Below the pieces are notes generated by a model, which ran no database searches, was not told the DNA's origin, and saw only the letters and a list, made by a program, of their open reading frames with translations. Positions 41,730 to 52,077 of a stretch of 64,000 nucleotides of DNA are shown one piece after another. Both the position numbers and the translations under genes were made by a program. The stretch is from Verrucomicrobiota bacterium (GTDB taxonomy: Bacteria; Verrucomicrobiota; Verrucomicrobiia; Opitutales; Opitutaceae). Within the stretch, counting starts at the first letter, position 1. Every line of letters begins with the position of its first letter. The stretch is from contig CAUJJL010000128.1 of NCBI GenBank assembly GCA_963205455.1, forward strand, positions 14,685-78,684, given 5' to 3'.

Positions 41730-41886
41730 GTCAGGGGTGGGTTGATTTGTTCTGAATCATGTCAGGCCGGATAAAGACGGCGAGCCTGTGGAAGGGACAG
41801 AATCCGCCAATTGTGGCCCGGCATACGCCACCGGTACAAATTGAGGCGTGCCTCCCTGATGGGAAGAGGCATTCTGCGGCTGTTCG

Positions 41887-42786
41887 ATGTCTCGCACCCG
41901 ACGCAATGAATTCTTTTATCTGCCGCTCGGCGGAGCGGACATTCGCCGTGAGCTCTATGTCACGGGCTGGGGTGTGGCCGACTATTCCCCCGGCGAAGCC
42001 TATCCAAGGTCAGGTCACCCGGAGGACTATGACTTTCGCTGGGAACGAGGCCGGGTGTTGGGCGATTTTGCTGTGGTGTTGATTGCTGATGGCGAGGGGG
42101 AATACGAGGACCGCCGATTGGGGCGGCTGCCGTGGCGCGCGGGAGAGGTGCTCCTGTTGCCTCCCGGTCAGTGGCACCGGTATCGCCCCCGGGCTGACTG
42201 TGGCTGGAGGGAGGAGTGGTGCACGGTCAACGGCGAGTACCTTCACCGCCTGCAGGCAAAGGGGGTCTTTCCGCGCTCGGCGCGCTTGCGGCGCCTCGAC
42301 GATCCGGCAGCGTGCCGACGGGCCTTGGCACGGCTTCGATCGGCAGCGGGAAAAAACAGCCTGCTGGTTGAAAGTCGTGTGTTCGAGGTGCTCGCGCACG
42401 CGCTTGAGGATCGCGCGGCCGATGGAAGCGACGCCATACCCGCGGTGACCGGACATCCGACCGTGGACCGGGCGCTTGAGTTCATCTGGCTGAATTGCCA
42501 TCGCCCGATCACTGCCGCGTCCGTCGCGCGCGAAACGGGCACGCCGCTGCGCACGCTTGAGCGCCATTTTGAAACTGCGCACGAGCGGAGCCCTTCGAAG
42601 GAGATCCGCTGGTGCCGGGTGCAGCGGGCCACGGTCATGCTGCGGGAGAGTCGCATGAGTGTGAAGGAAGTGGGTTATGCGTGCGGCTATGGCGGCGCGA
42701 AAGGGCTCACGCGTGCGCTTCGGGCGATCCATGCACGTGTGCCATCGGATTTTCGCGTCGAGGGAGGTCGAAGGAAGCGTTCATGA
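41887..42786 (+). CDS. AraC-family transcriptional regulator
   Basis: 299 aa. Cupin-like N-terminus. C-terminal double HTH (ITAASVARETGTPLRTLERHFE.., MSVKEVGYACGYGGAKGLTRALR). Divergent from the five-gene operon. Confidence 0.85.
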   Translation: MSRTRRNEFFYLPLGGADIRRELYVTGWGVADYSPGEAYPRSGHPEDYDFRWERGRVLGDFAVVLIADGEGEYEDRRLGRLPWRAGEVLLLPPGQWHRYRPRADCGWREEWCTVNGEYLHRLQAKGVFPRSARLRRLDDPAACRRALARLRSAAGKNSLLVESRVFEVLAHALEDRAADGSDAIPAVTGHPTVDRALEFIWLNCHRPITAASVARETGTPLRTLERHFETAHERSPSKEIRWCRVQRATVMLRESRMSVKEVGYACGYGGAKGLTRALRAIHARVPSDFRVEGGRRKRS

Positions 42787-42992
42787 GCTTCATTGGCAGC
42801 TGGACGAAAGCATCATGGGTGCGACCTCTTTGCTCGAAATCGGACCGGCATATCCAATTCGGATGACGTCTCTTGATTCAGCCGAGGTCAGGGCGTGTTT
42901 TTACCCATGGCGACCCGCCAAACTGCCCGCCCGCCACAGTGTAACTTGGCTCGCGGGGCGGCGTCATATGCCTTAGTTGTTCTTACAAAGCC

Positions 42993-44471
42993 ATGCAACC
43001 GCCGCTTACTCCTACCCAGGCCTGGGAACCCCTGCCAAAAGCTCAGTGGAATGAAGAGACTGCGCGCCACCTCCTGCGGCGCGCCGGATGGACTGCCCAT
43101 CCGGAGGCGGTCACCCGCGCGGTGAACGAGGGCTTGGCGGCAACACTGGACAGGCTCTTTCCCGAGACGGCCCCATCGTTTGCCAGGCCGAAGCTTGTCC
43201 GGGAGGAACACGAGCGCATGCCCGAACTCCGCGAGCGTATCCAGTCAGCTTCTACGGAGATGCAGCGTCGCGAGATCCAGCGAGAGCAGCGGGAAGTCTC
43301 CCGTCTGGCCAACATCGAACTCTCGCTGCAGTGGCTGCAGCAGGCCGCCACGCCCGCCCACTCCGCCTTCGAAAAATGGCTGCTGTTCCTTGGCGATGTC
43401 TATGTTGTTGGTGTCGAAAAGGTCCGAGGCTCCAATCTCATTTTCGACCACTATGAAACCCTGCGCCAGGGTGCGCTTGGACCCGCGCCTGTGCTAACGA
43501 AGGCCGTCTCCCGATCGGTTGCGATGATCCTCTATCTGGATCTCCAGCGTAGCGTGAAACAGGCCCCCAACGAGAATTTTGCCCGCGAGCTCATGGAGCT
43601 GTTTACGCTGGGGCAGGGCAACTACACCGAGAACGACATCAAGCAGGCCGCCAAGGCCTTCACCGGGTACCGGGTTGGCCGTGACGGGTTCCGCTTCGAC
43701 CGCAGGCAGCACGACGACGGACCCAAGACCGTGTTTGGAAAGACGGGACGTTTTGCCGGGGACGACGTCATCGACCTGATCTACCAGCAACCTGCGGCCG
43801 GTACGTTCCTGCCGAGGGAGATGACGAGATTCTATCTGACGGACGAGGTTCCCGATGCGGCCTTCTTCGCACCACTTGGGATCTGGTGGAAGGATCGCGG
43901 GTACAACCTGCGAGAATTGTGTCACCGTTACTTCTCCTCATCGCTTTTCTACCATCCCGTCTATCGTGCCAATTACATCAAGAGTCCCATCCACTACCAT
44001 CTTGGCCTGGTCCAGGACCTGGAGATGGATGTCGCACCGGTGGCGCGCACGACCTTGGTGCCGCTTCGGCAGATGGGCCAACAGCCATTCAACCCCCCCA
44101 ATGTCCGCGGATGGGTTGGCGGCAAGCTCTGGATCAACTCATCGACCCTCGCCGCCCGTCGACTGCTTGTGCAGTCGCTCTTCACGCCAATGCCCGAGGA
44201 CCGGATGAATGCCGACGAAAAGGCCGCGCTCAAGGCTGCGCGGGAGGCGGGTCATACGCGGTTCGAGGTGGCAGACGAATTCCTGCGAACCATCACCGGC
44301 TCCAATGTCGATGCGACAGTGGACCGCATGATTGCGCGCTTTCTACCATCCGAGCCCGACAAGGAATACCGCGCGGCCCTGCGCAGTTTCCTCAAGGGCG
44401 AGCCGCTTCTTCCGCGCCTTCGCGGGGCGACGATTGCCCTGCTCGAAACACCGGAGTACCAGCTCTGCTGA
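42993..44471 (+). CDS. DUF1800 domain-containing protein
   Basis: 492 aa. LMELFTLGQGNYTENDIKQAAKAFTGY block characteristic of DUF1800. Followed by a DUF1501 gene, which is the usual pairing. Confidence 0.85.
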   Translation: MQPPLTPTQAWEPLPKAQWNEETARHLLRRAGWTAHPEAVTRAVNEGLAATLDRLFPETAPSFARPKLVREEHERMPELRERIQSASTEMQRREIQREQREVSRLANIELSLQWLQQAATPAHSAFEKWLLFLGDVYVVGVEKVRGSNLIFDHYETLRQGALGPAPVLTKAVSRSVAMILYLDLQRSVKQAPNENFARELMELFTLGQGNYTENDIKQAAKAFTGYRVGRDGFRFDRRQHDDGPKTVFGKTGRFAGDDVIDLIYQQPAAGTFLPREMTRFYLTDEVPDAAFFAPLGIWWKDRGYNLRELCHRYFSSSLFYHPVYRANYIKSPIHYHLGLVQDLEMDVAPVARTTLVPLRQMGQQPFNPPNVRGWVGGKLWINSSTLAARRLLVQSLFTPMPEDRMNADEKAALKAAREAGHTRFEVADEFLRTITGSNVDATVDRMIARFLPSEPDKEYRAALRSFLKGEPLLPRLRGATIALLETPEYQLC

Positions 44472-44511
44472 CCAGTAATCATCCTTCGATCCCAGCAACT
44501 GATTCATCGCC

Positions 44512-45771
44512 ATGAACAACTCGCTTTCCTCGACACTGCCCGCCACCCGCCGTGAATTCCTCCGCATGGGAGGCAGCGGCATGGGCTTGCTGGCGTTCAG
44601 CCGTTTTGCCCCGGCATTTCTCGTCCAGTCTTCGCTCAAGGCGGCGCCCGCGCCCGAGAAGGATCGTACGATTCTCGTTCTCATCCAGCTCGCCGGTGGC
44701 AATGACGGCTTGAATACGGTCGTGCCCTACGAGGACGCCAATTACTACCGGCTGCGTCCCACCCTCGGCCTCAAGAAGAAGGATGTGCTACCGATCAACG
44801 ATCTCCTCGGCTTTCACCCGAGCTGCGCGGCACTCGGCAAACTGGTGACCGAAGGCAAGCTCGGCATTGTGCAGAACGTCGGCTACCCGAATCCGAACCG
44901 CAGCCATTTTCGATCCACCGAAATCTGGGAATCGGCGAGCGATTCCGATGTCAACGATGCCACCGGTTGGATCGGCCGCTACCTCGACAACACCTGCTCT
45001 GGTCGCCCGGATTCCAAGGGAGGCGACCCGGTTGCTGTGAATTCCGGCGACGAGGTTCCGCAGTCGTTTCTCGGCGAGAGTCCCCATCCGACCTTTACCC
45101 TTTCCGGCAATCTTCGCCGTGGAGGTGGACGAGGGAACAACACCCTTACCCTCCTGAAACGCCTTGCCGAGGCCGATCACGAAGGCAGCGATACGAACGA
45201 AGGATTCCTGCGTGCGACCATGATGGATGCACTTGTCACCGAGCAGCGCATCCAGTCCCTTCTCGGACGGTACAAGTCCGACGCCCAGTATCCGGGTAAC
45301 CCGTTCGCGCAGTCGTTGAAGAACGTCGCTGCGCTCATTGCAGCGGGGTTGTCCACGCGCGTGTATTACGTGTCGCTCGGCAGTTTCGACACCCACGCCA
45401 ACCAGCAGGGCACCCATGAGCGCCTGCTCACGACACTGTCGGAAGGCATGGCGGCGTTTCAGCGCGATCTCGATGGCAAGGGTCTCGGTCCGCAGGTGCT
45501 CACGATGACCTTTTCGGAGTTTGGACGCCGTCCGAGCGAGAACAAGAGCTCGGGCACGGATCACGGCACCGCCGCGCCCCTTTTCGTGATGGGATCGAAA
45601 ATCAAGGGCAGCGTGCACGGCACGTCCCCCAAGCTTGATCTGCCCGTCAACCAGGATCTCACCTTCAGCACCGATTTCCGCCAGGTCTATGCGACGGTTC
45701 TCAACCGCTGGCTCGATTGTCCGAATGAAACAATCCTTGGGAAGAAGTTCGAGATGCTGAATTTCATCTGA
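44512..45771 (+). CDS. DUF1501 domain-containing protein (Tat signal)
   Basis: 419 aa. RREFLRMGGSGMGLLAF, ILVLIQLAGGNDGLNTVVPY, TFSEFGRRPSENKSSGTDHG. Confidence 0.9.
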   Translation: MNNSLSSTLPATRREFLRMGGSGMGLLAFSRFAPAFLVQSSLKAAPAPEKDRTILVLIQLAGGNDGLNTVVPYEDANYYRLRPTLGLKKKDVLPINDLLGFHPSCAALGKLVTEGKLGIVQNVGYPNPNRSHFRSTEIWESASDSDVNDATGWIGRYLDNTCSGRPDSKGGDPVAVNSGDEVPQSFLGESPHPTFTLSGNLRRGGGRGNNTLTLLKRLAEADHEGSDTNEGFLRATMMDALVTEQRIQSLLGRYKSDAQYPGNPFAQSLKNVAALIAAGLSTRVYYVSLGSFDTHANQQGTHERLLTTLSEGMAAFQRDLDGKGLGPQVLTMTFSEFGRRPSENKSSGTDHGTAAPLFVMGSKIKGSVHGTSPKLDLPVNQDLTFSTDFRQVYATVLNRWLDCPNETILGKKFEMLNFI

Positions 45772-45953
45772 GGCAACGGTAGCGGATTGGGCGAGTGGGC
45801 AGGGGTGGGCTGCCGGAACGCGGAGGCCCGAAAGGCCTTCACCGCGTTGACTTACCTCCCCAGGAACGCGGATTTGGGAGGAAATTTTGCGGACGAAGTC
45901 GGTCTAGGCATCTCTGCGTTTGACTTCGCGGCGCGATCCGAGAACAAGCGTTC

Positions 45954-46232
45954 ATGACCACGTTCCAGAAATACGCCGAAACCGCCGAACGCATCATCGG
46001 AAAGCGTACCCCCGCGAAAGTTGCGTATGACAACGAAGTGCTGCGGTGGAGACACATCACGGGTGGTGATACGCGTGCGGCCATACTCAAGGCAAACCAG
46101 AGGTATCCGGAGGAAGCGCTTGAGCCTGACGATTCAGACTTCGAGGAGATTGAGGCGCACTATTCGTACCTGGCCACCCATGCCGAGATTGTTCGCAATC
46201 TGAAGATCAAGCTCGCGCACCAGAAACGATAA
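45954..46232 (+). CDS. Hypothetical small protein
   Basis: 92-aa ORF with balanced composition in an otherwise intergenic gap. No motif recognised. Confidence 0.35.
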   Translation: MTTFQKYAETAERIIGKRTPAKVAYDNEVLRWRHITGGDTRAAILKANQRYPEEALEPDDSDFEEIEAHYSYLATHAEIVRNLKIKLAHQKR

Positions 46233-46313
46233 GCCTGGTATCCCGCGGGCGGAGTGCCCATACGGAAAACCGGCCTGGCGGTCACCCCATTGGCCTGACA
46301 GATCGCCGACCCC

Positions 46314-47615
46314 ATGAGGTACCTCAAGCATCTCTATATTCAGGTTTTGCTGGCCATCGGCCTGGGTGTCCTGGTCGGCTGGTTGGAGCCGGAGCTTGGA
46401 GTGAAGCTCAAACCACTGGGCGATGGCTTCATCAAGCTGGTTAAGATGCTGATCGCCCCGATCATTTTCTGCACGATCGTGTCCGGGATTGCGGGGATGG
46501 GGGACCTGAAAAAGATCGGACGTCTCGGTGGCAAGGCACTGCTCTATTTTGAGGGAGTCACCACGTTCGCCCTCGCGATCGGGCTCCTCGTGGCGAATCT
46601 CCTTAAACCGGGTGCAGGAATCAACGCGGATGTCACGACACTCGACGCAGGTGCCGTCGCGAGCTACACGAAGGCTGCAGCCTCACAGAGCACAACGGAC
46701 TTTTTGCTGCACATCATTCCGGATGCGTTTGCGGGTGCATTTGCGCACGGCGAAATCCTCCAGGTCCTTCTGATTTCGATCCTCTTCGGCTTTGGACTTG
46801 CCCGCATGGGCCCGGCTGGTGAGGCAGTCACCTCGCTCGTCCATCATGTGGCGCAGGCGTTTTTTGCGATGGTCAGCATCGTGACCAAGCTGGCGCCCGT
46901 TGGGGCCTTTGGAGCGATCGGTTTCACGATAGGCAAGTACGGCATCGCGACGCTGCTTTCCCTCGGCAAGCTGCTCGCCTGCGTTTACCTGACGAGCGTG
47001 CTCTTCGTTTTTGTCGTCCTGGGGCTCATTGCGCGCTCCCGCGGATTCAGCCTCTGGCGCATCCTGGTGTACATCCGGGAGGAGCTGTTGATTGTCCTCG
47101 GGACATCGTCCTCGGAATCGGCCCTGCCCGGGCTCATGACCAAGCTCGAGCAAGCCGGATGCTCACGCTCGTCGGTGGGGATTGTCGTGCCGGCTGGCTA
47201 TTCGTTCAATCTGGATGGCACGTCGATCTACCTGACGATGGCGGCGATCTTCATCGCGCAGGCGACCAATACCGATCTTTCACTGGCCCAGGAGATTGGA
47301 CTGTTGGGCATCCTCTTGCTGACGTCGAAAGGTGCGGCAGGTGTGACCGGCAGCGGATTTGTCACGCTTGCGGCGACCCTCGCGGCAACAAAGAGCATAC
47401 CGGTGGAGGGACTTGCCCTGATCCTCGGGGTGGATCGGTTCATGTCGGAATGCCGTGCAATCACCAACTTCATCGGCAACGCGGTTGGCATGTTTGTCAT
47501 CGCCGATTGGGAGAAGGATATCGATTTCAAGAAGGCCGCTCCACTGCTGACACGGGCGCGGCGGAAGCGCCTGGCAAATCTCTGCGAAGGCTCGGACCGG
47601 ATTGGATCAAACTAG
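46314..47615 (+). CDS. dctA: C4-dicarboxylate/cation symporter (DAACS family)
   Basis: 433 aa. N-terminus [42 protein letters not shown] and the overall DctA-like pattern. Confidence 0.9.
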   Translation: MRYLKHLYIQVLLAIGLGVLVGWLEPELGVKLKPLGDGFIKLVKMLIAPIIFCTIVSGIAGMGDLKKIGRLGGKALLYFEGVTTFALAIGLLVANLLKPGAGINADVTTLDAGAVASYTKAAASQSTTDFLLHIIPDAFAGAFAHGEILQVLLISILFGFGLARMGPAGEAVTSLVHHVAQAFFAMVSIVTKLAPVGAFGAIGFTIGKYGIATLLSLGKLLACVYLTSVLFVFVVLGLIARSRGFSLWRILVYIREELLIVLGTSSSESALPGLMTKLEQAGCSRSSVGIVVPAGYSFNLDGTSIYLTMAAIFIAQATNTDLSLAQEIGLLGILLLTSKGAAGVTGSGFVTLAATLAATKSIPVEGLALILGVDRFMSECRAITNFIGNAVGMFVIADWEKDIDFKKAAPLLTRARRKRLANLCEGSDRIGSN

Positions 47616-47780
47616 CACCCGGCCGTTGTTTACATGTGAGCGATCAATGAGATTGCGGCAACCTAAGGGGCACAGATCGCTGCGCTGACGGGTCCCGGTT
47701 GATTGCTGTTTGGCCACCGCGTGCTTTTCTATCTCTTCCAGAAGAACCACAGCCGTCCCATAGGAATTGAGTAGAGAGCG

Positions 47781-47857
47781 GTTGGAGTTGGCGGTTTTTC
47801 CCGGTTGCGATAGCGACCGAGTGTGAAAAGAAGAAAAACCAATAGACCAACTCCAAC
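47781..47857. repeat. Long imperfect stem-loop in the dctA/island junction
   Basis: gttggagttgg (47781-47791) pairs with ccaactccaac (47847-47857). ggtttttc (47793-47800) pairs with gaaaaacc (47833-47840). That gives 19 paired bp around a 32-nt loop. Confidence 0.5.
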
Positions 47858-48318
47858 CAGAGGAACGCTCACAATTTTTGCGCAACTGTGCAACCATAAC
47901 CTAGAGCATGTGGGACAAATTGTAGGGTCAGGTATTACATCGTGACTTGATGATGAAGAGAGCAAGCCCAGTTTCATGTGAGCAACCGGGGAATTTGAGG
48001 CTCGCGCCAACCTATTGGTGTCAAGAATCAAGACTCGACATCGTTTGCTTGGCGCCCTCGTGCACTTAAGGGTGGAGCAGGCTTTCCTGTCTGCCATTCC
48101 CCAGCAGGACACAGACACGAATGTCTGTGCGACCCTTCCAATCCGCGGCTTACACTTCCGTTGGTACTTGCTCAACCCCGCCATCTCCGCGAGTTCGGTC
48201 AGGCTGGGCTCCTCAAGAACACCCTACTTGCACCCGGCAAAGCGCGATGACGTGCTATTGGTCCTCTCAATTGCTTCTTTTCGTCGGTCGACATCCCGGT
48301 TCTATTTTCATCCAACAA

Positions 48319-51300
48319 ATGACCCAAGCGACGAACTCTTGCTCACCCGGTCTCTCCACCATCGAAAACCCACAACAAAAATCAGGGGAAACGGCTGCTT
48401 CCTCCGGCCTCCGCGACAATCACAGCCGCGGCAAAGCCGGTGACTTCCTCCGCGTCGCTATTGCCCCCGGCTCCGAGCTTTCCTTCGTCTCGGCCTACTT
48501 CACCGTTCACGCCTATCAGGCCTTGCGCGACGAACTGGAAAGCGCCCGCAAGCTCCGTTTCCTGTTCGGCGAGCCCAAGTTCATCCGCAACATCGAGAAG
48601 GACGGCAAGCAATCCCGACAGTTCAAACTCGCCGAGAGCGGACTCTCGCTCGCCAACCAGCTCTCGCAAAAAAGTCTCGCGAAAGACTGCGCGGACTGGA
48701 TCACCCGGATGGTCGAAATCAAATCCATTGTCCGCGCCGGATTTCTTCACGGGAAGATGTATCACATCCAGGATGGCAAGGTGGCCCAAGCGCTCCTCGG
48801 CAGCTCGAATTTCACCGTCCCGGGCCTCGGACTGCAAGGCTCCGGTAACAACATCGAGTTGAATCTCATTGTTTCCGATGATCGCGACCGCCGCGATCTG
48901 CTCGATTGGTTCAATGCCCTGTGGAACGACACCTCGCTCACCAGCGATGTCAAGGATCAGGTGCTCCAGGAACTTGCTCGCCTCTATTCGAACCAGACGC
49001 CCGAGTTCATCTACTATCTTACGCTCTTTCATCTCTTCCGCCATTATCTCGACAAAGCGGACGATTCCGACAAAGCCCTCACCAAGACCGCGCTCCCTGA
49101 TACGGGCATCTGGAACGCGCTATTCTCCTTTCAGAAGGACGGAGCGAAGGCCGCCATCAACAAGATCCGCGCCACCAACGGCTGCATCCTCGCCGACAGC
49201 GTCGGCCTCGGCAAAACCTACACCGCGCTGGCCGTCATCAAATTCTTTGAGCTGCGCAATGAGCGTGTGCTCGTGCTCTGCCCGAAGAAGCTCCGCCGCA
49301 ATTGGACGGTCTATAAATCCAACAGCACGCTCAATCCTTTCGACAAGGATCGTTTCGGCTATCACGTCCTTTCCCACACCGACCTCGGTCGCGAGTCCGG
49401 CGAGGTGGATGGCCACGATCTGGCCAATTTCAACTGGGGTGCCTACGACCTCGTCGTCATCGACGAATCGCACAACTTCCGCAACAACAAGCAGGCCGTC
49501 CAGCGGCCGGGCGAACCAGAGAAACACAGCCGTTACCAGCGGCTCATGGAGGAGATCATCAAAAAAGGCCAGCGCACCAAAGTCCTCCTCCTCTCCGCCA
49601 CGCCGGTGAATAACCAGCTCGCCGACCTGCGCAACCAGATCTCCTTCATCGCCGGCGGCGATGTCACCCGTGACGCGGAGGCGGACGCCGCGTTTTCCCG
49701 CAACCTGGAGATCCCATCCGTCAAGGAGACCACTCGCATCGCCCAGGGCCACTTCACCACCTGGTCGAAGAAAAAACCGGAAGAACGCACCACCCGCGAC
49801 CTCCTCCAGAGTATCGGCGGCGATTTTTTCAAGCTGCTCGACGGCCTTAGCATCGCGCGCTCCCGCAGGCAGATCGCCACGTACTATAAGGACGAGATGA
49901 AACGCCTCGGCGGCTTTCCCAAACGCCCCGCGCCGGTGGCGATCCACCCGCCCATCGACCTCGCGGACAAGTTCCTGTCATTCGAAAAACTCGACGAGGA
50001 AATCGGCAAGCTCCGCCTCGCGCTCTACCACCCGACGAGTTTCCTGCGCGACGATCTGCCTGCGCAAGTCCGCGCCACTTATGAAGACAAGATCCTCGGA
50101 GGTTTCACCCAGGAGGGACGCGAACGCATCCTCATCGCCATGATGAAGGTGAACTTCCTCAAGCGCCTGGAAAGTTCCGTGGATTCGTTCCGCCTCACGC
50201 TCCACCGCACGATCGAGAAGATCAACACCCTCGAACAGCGCATCGCCGACTTCCAACTCCACGCGGAAAACCATCCGGAGATTGATTGGGACAACCTTAC
50301 TCCCGACGAAACCGACGACCCCGACGAGGAAACCCGGGACTTCACCATCGGCGGACGCCGCCGCATCCACCTCGCCCACCTCAAGCTCGAAGAATGGCTC
50401 CAGGCCGTGCGCCACGACCGCACCCAGCTCCAGTATCTCCACGAGAAAACCGAGAAGGTGAAACCCGAGCGCGACGCCAAGCTCGCCGAGCTGTGCGCCC
50501 GCATCGAATCAAAGGTCGCCAACCCCAGCATCAACGCCGACGCCAAGCCCATCCGCAAAGTCCTCATCTTCACCGCGTTCGCCGACACTGCGAAATACCT
50601 CCACGACCAGCTTGCCCCCTGGGCCAAGGACCACCTCGGCATTCACAGCGCGCTCATCGTCGGCGACGGGGGCAACCAGACCAGTCTCGGCAGTTCCGAT
50701 TTCGACGACATCCTCACCAACTTCTCACCCGTTTCCAAACGCCGCGCCGAGCAGCCGCGCTTCCCGCATGACGAGGAGATCGACCTCCTCATCGCCACCG
50801 ACTGCATTTCGGAGGGCCAGAACCTCCAGGACTGCGACCTGCTCATCAACTACGACATCCACTGGAACCCGGTCCGCATCATCCAGCGCTTCGGTCGCAT
50901 CGACCGCATCGGCTCCCGCAATGCCACCGTCCAGCTCGTCAACTTCTGGCCCGTCGCCGATCTCGACCGCTACCTCAACGTCAAGCACCGCGTCGAGGCC
51001 CGCATGGCCCTGGCCGACCTCGCCGCCACCCAGACCGACAACCTGCTCGATCCCCAGCAGCTCGACGACCTCATCAGACAGGACCTCCGCTTCCGCAACC
51101 ACCAGCTCAAGCGCCTGAAGGACGAAGTGCTCGACCTTGAGGACTTTTCCGACTCGCCCAGCCTCACCGACTTCTCGCTCGACGAGTTCCGCATCGATCT
51201 CCTCCAGTTCCTCGAAAGCCGCCGCGAGGAACTGGAATCCGCGCCGCTCGGTCTCTACGCGGTCGTTCCGCCAAAGGAGGATCATTGCGTCCGATCCCGC

Positions 51301-51768
51301 CCCGGCGCCCTTTTCTGCTTCCGCAGAGTGGACCAGACGCTCTCGTCAGGTTCCAGGGAAGAGCAGGCAGGATCGCCTGCACCACGCGACTCACAAAACC
51401 TCAACCCGCTCGCCCCGCATTTCCTGATCTACGTCCTGGACGACGGCACCGTCCGTTTCTCCTTCGTCCAGCCTAAGGAAACCCTGCTGCTCCTGCGTGG
51501 CCTTGCCGCCGGGCACCCCACCGCCTTCGAGAAGCTCTGCGATCTCTTCGACGCCCGCACCAAGGACGGCACCGACATGTCCCGCTACGACACCCTCGCG
51601 CGTAGCGCCCTGCGCTCCATCGAGGCCACCTTCCAGAAACGCGCCGCCGCCAGCCTGCTCTCCAGCCGCGGCGGCCTGCTGCCCACCACCGCCGAAACCC
51701 CCACCGCGAATGCGGATGACTGGGAACTCGTCACTTGGCTCGTCGTCTTATCCAGCAATACGGATTGA
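48319..51768 (+). CDS. PLD(HKD)-nuclease domain fused to SNF2/SF2 helicase (restriction-subunit-like)
   Basis: ORF 48121-51768 with a likely ATG at 48319. HKD motif FLHGKMYHIQDG..LLGSSNFT (HGK at 48748-48756). Helicase motifs ILADSVGLGKTYTA (I), DLVVIDESHNFRN (II), LLLSATPVNN (III), LLIATDCISEGQNLQDCDLLINYDIHWNPVRIIQRFGRIDRIGS (V/VI). Confidence 0.9.
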   Translation: MTQATNSCSPGLSTIENPQQKSGETAASSGLRDNHSRGKAGDFLRVAIAPGSELSFVSAYFTVHAYQALRDELESARKLRFLFGEPKFIRNIEKDGKQSRQFKLAESGLSLANQLSQKSLAKDCADWITRMVEIKSIVRAGFLHGKMYHIQDGKVAQALLGSSNFTVPGLGLQGSGNNIELNLIVSDDRDRRDLLDWFNALWNDTSLTSDVKDQVLQELARLYSNQTPEFIYYLTLFHLFRHYLDKADDSDKALTKTALPDTGIWNALFSFQKDGAKAAINKIRATNGCILADSVGLGKTYTALAVIKFFELRNERVLVLCPKKLRRNWTVYKSNSTLNPFDKDRFGYHVLSHTDLGRESGEVDGHDLANFNWGAYDLVVIDESHNFRNNKQAVQRPGEPEKHSRYQRLMEEIIKKGQRTKVLLLSATPVNNQLADLRNQISFIAGGDVTRDAEADAAFSRNLEIPSVKETTRIAQGHFTTWSKKKPEERTTRDLLQSIGGDFFKLLDGLSIARSRRQIATYYKDEMKRLGGFPKRPAPVAIHPPIDLADKFLSFEKLDEEIGKLRLALYHPTSFLRDDLPAQVRATYEDKILGGFTQEGRERILIAMMKVNFLKRLESSVDSFRLTLHRTIEKINTLEQRIADFQLHAENHPEIDWDNLTPDETDDPDEETRDFTIGGRRRIHLAHLKLEEWLQAVRHDRTQLQYLHEKTEKVKPERDAKLAELCARIESKVANPSINADAKPIRKVLIFTAFADTAKYLHDQLAPWAKDHLGIHSALIVGDGGNQTSLGSSDFDDILTNFSPVSKRRAEQPRFPHDEEIDLLIATDCISEGQNLQDCDLLINYDIHWNPVRIIQRFGRIDRIGSRNATVQLVNFWPVADLDRYLNVKHRVEARMALADLAATQTDNLLDPQQLDDLIRQDLRFRNHQLKRLKDEVLDLEDFSDSPSLTDFSLDEFRIDLLQFLESRREELESAPLGLYAVVPPKEDHCVRSRPGALFCFRRVDQTLSSGSREEQAGSPAPRDSQNLNPLAPHFLIYVLDDGTVRFSFVQPKETLLLLRGLAAGHPTAFEKLCDLFDARTKDGTDMSRYDTLARSALRSIEATFQKRAAASLLSSRGGLLPTTAETPTANADDWELVTWLVVLSSNTD

Positions 51769-51798
51769 CGGCAATATGGATTTACGTATGGTTTCCCC

Positions 51799-52077
51799 AT
51801 GAAAACAACCATCGATATTCCCGAGCCGCTTTATAAAAGGGCAAAGATCCGTGCCGTGGAGCGGGGCCAGACGCTCAAACAGCTTGTCCTGATTTCCCTA
51901 GAGCGCGAGCTGGAGGCACCTGAAACTGTCACAGAGGCTCCGACCTCCTACTGGGCCAATCGCAAGCTGCGTCCCGGATACAAAGCCGCGCTCCAGGCCG
52001 GAGCCTTTTCCGGGGGAACGGATTCCACAACCATCATTTCAGAGGATCGCGCTTCGCGGGATGAAGCTCTACTTTGA
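51799..52077 (+). CDS. vapB: Type II antitoxin, VapB-like
   Basis: 92 aa beginning MKTTIDIPEPLYKRAKIRAVERGQTLKQLVLISLEREL. Overlaps the PIN gene by 17 nt. Confidence 0.7.
   Translation: MKTTIDIPEPLYKRAKIRAVERGQTLKQLVLISLERELEAPETVTEAPTSYWANRKLRPGYKAALQAGAFSGGTDSTTIISEDRASRDEALL

Noticed and set aside
47729-48184. 151-aa minus-strand ORF in the junction as a real gene
   Set aside because: Only its first ~35 residues, plus 13 upstream codons, look like an AraC HTH. The rest is low-complexity and crosses the less GC-rich spacer. It is treated as a possible relic, not a gene.
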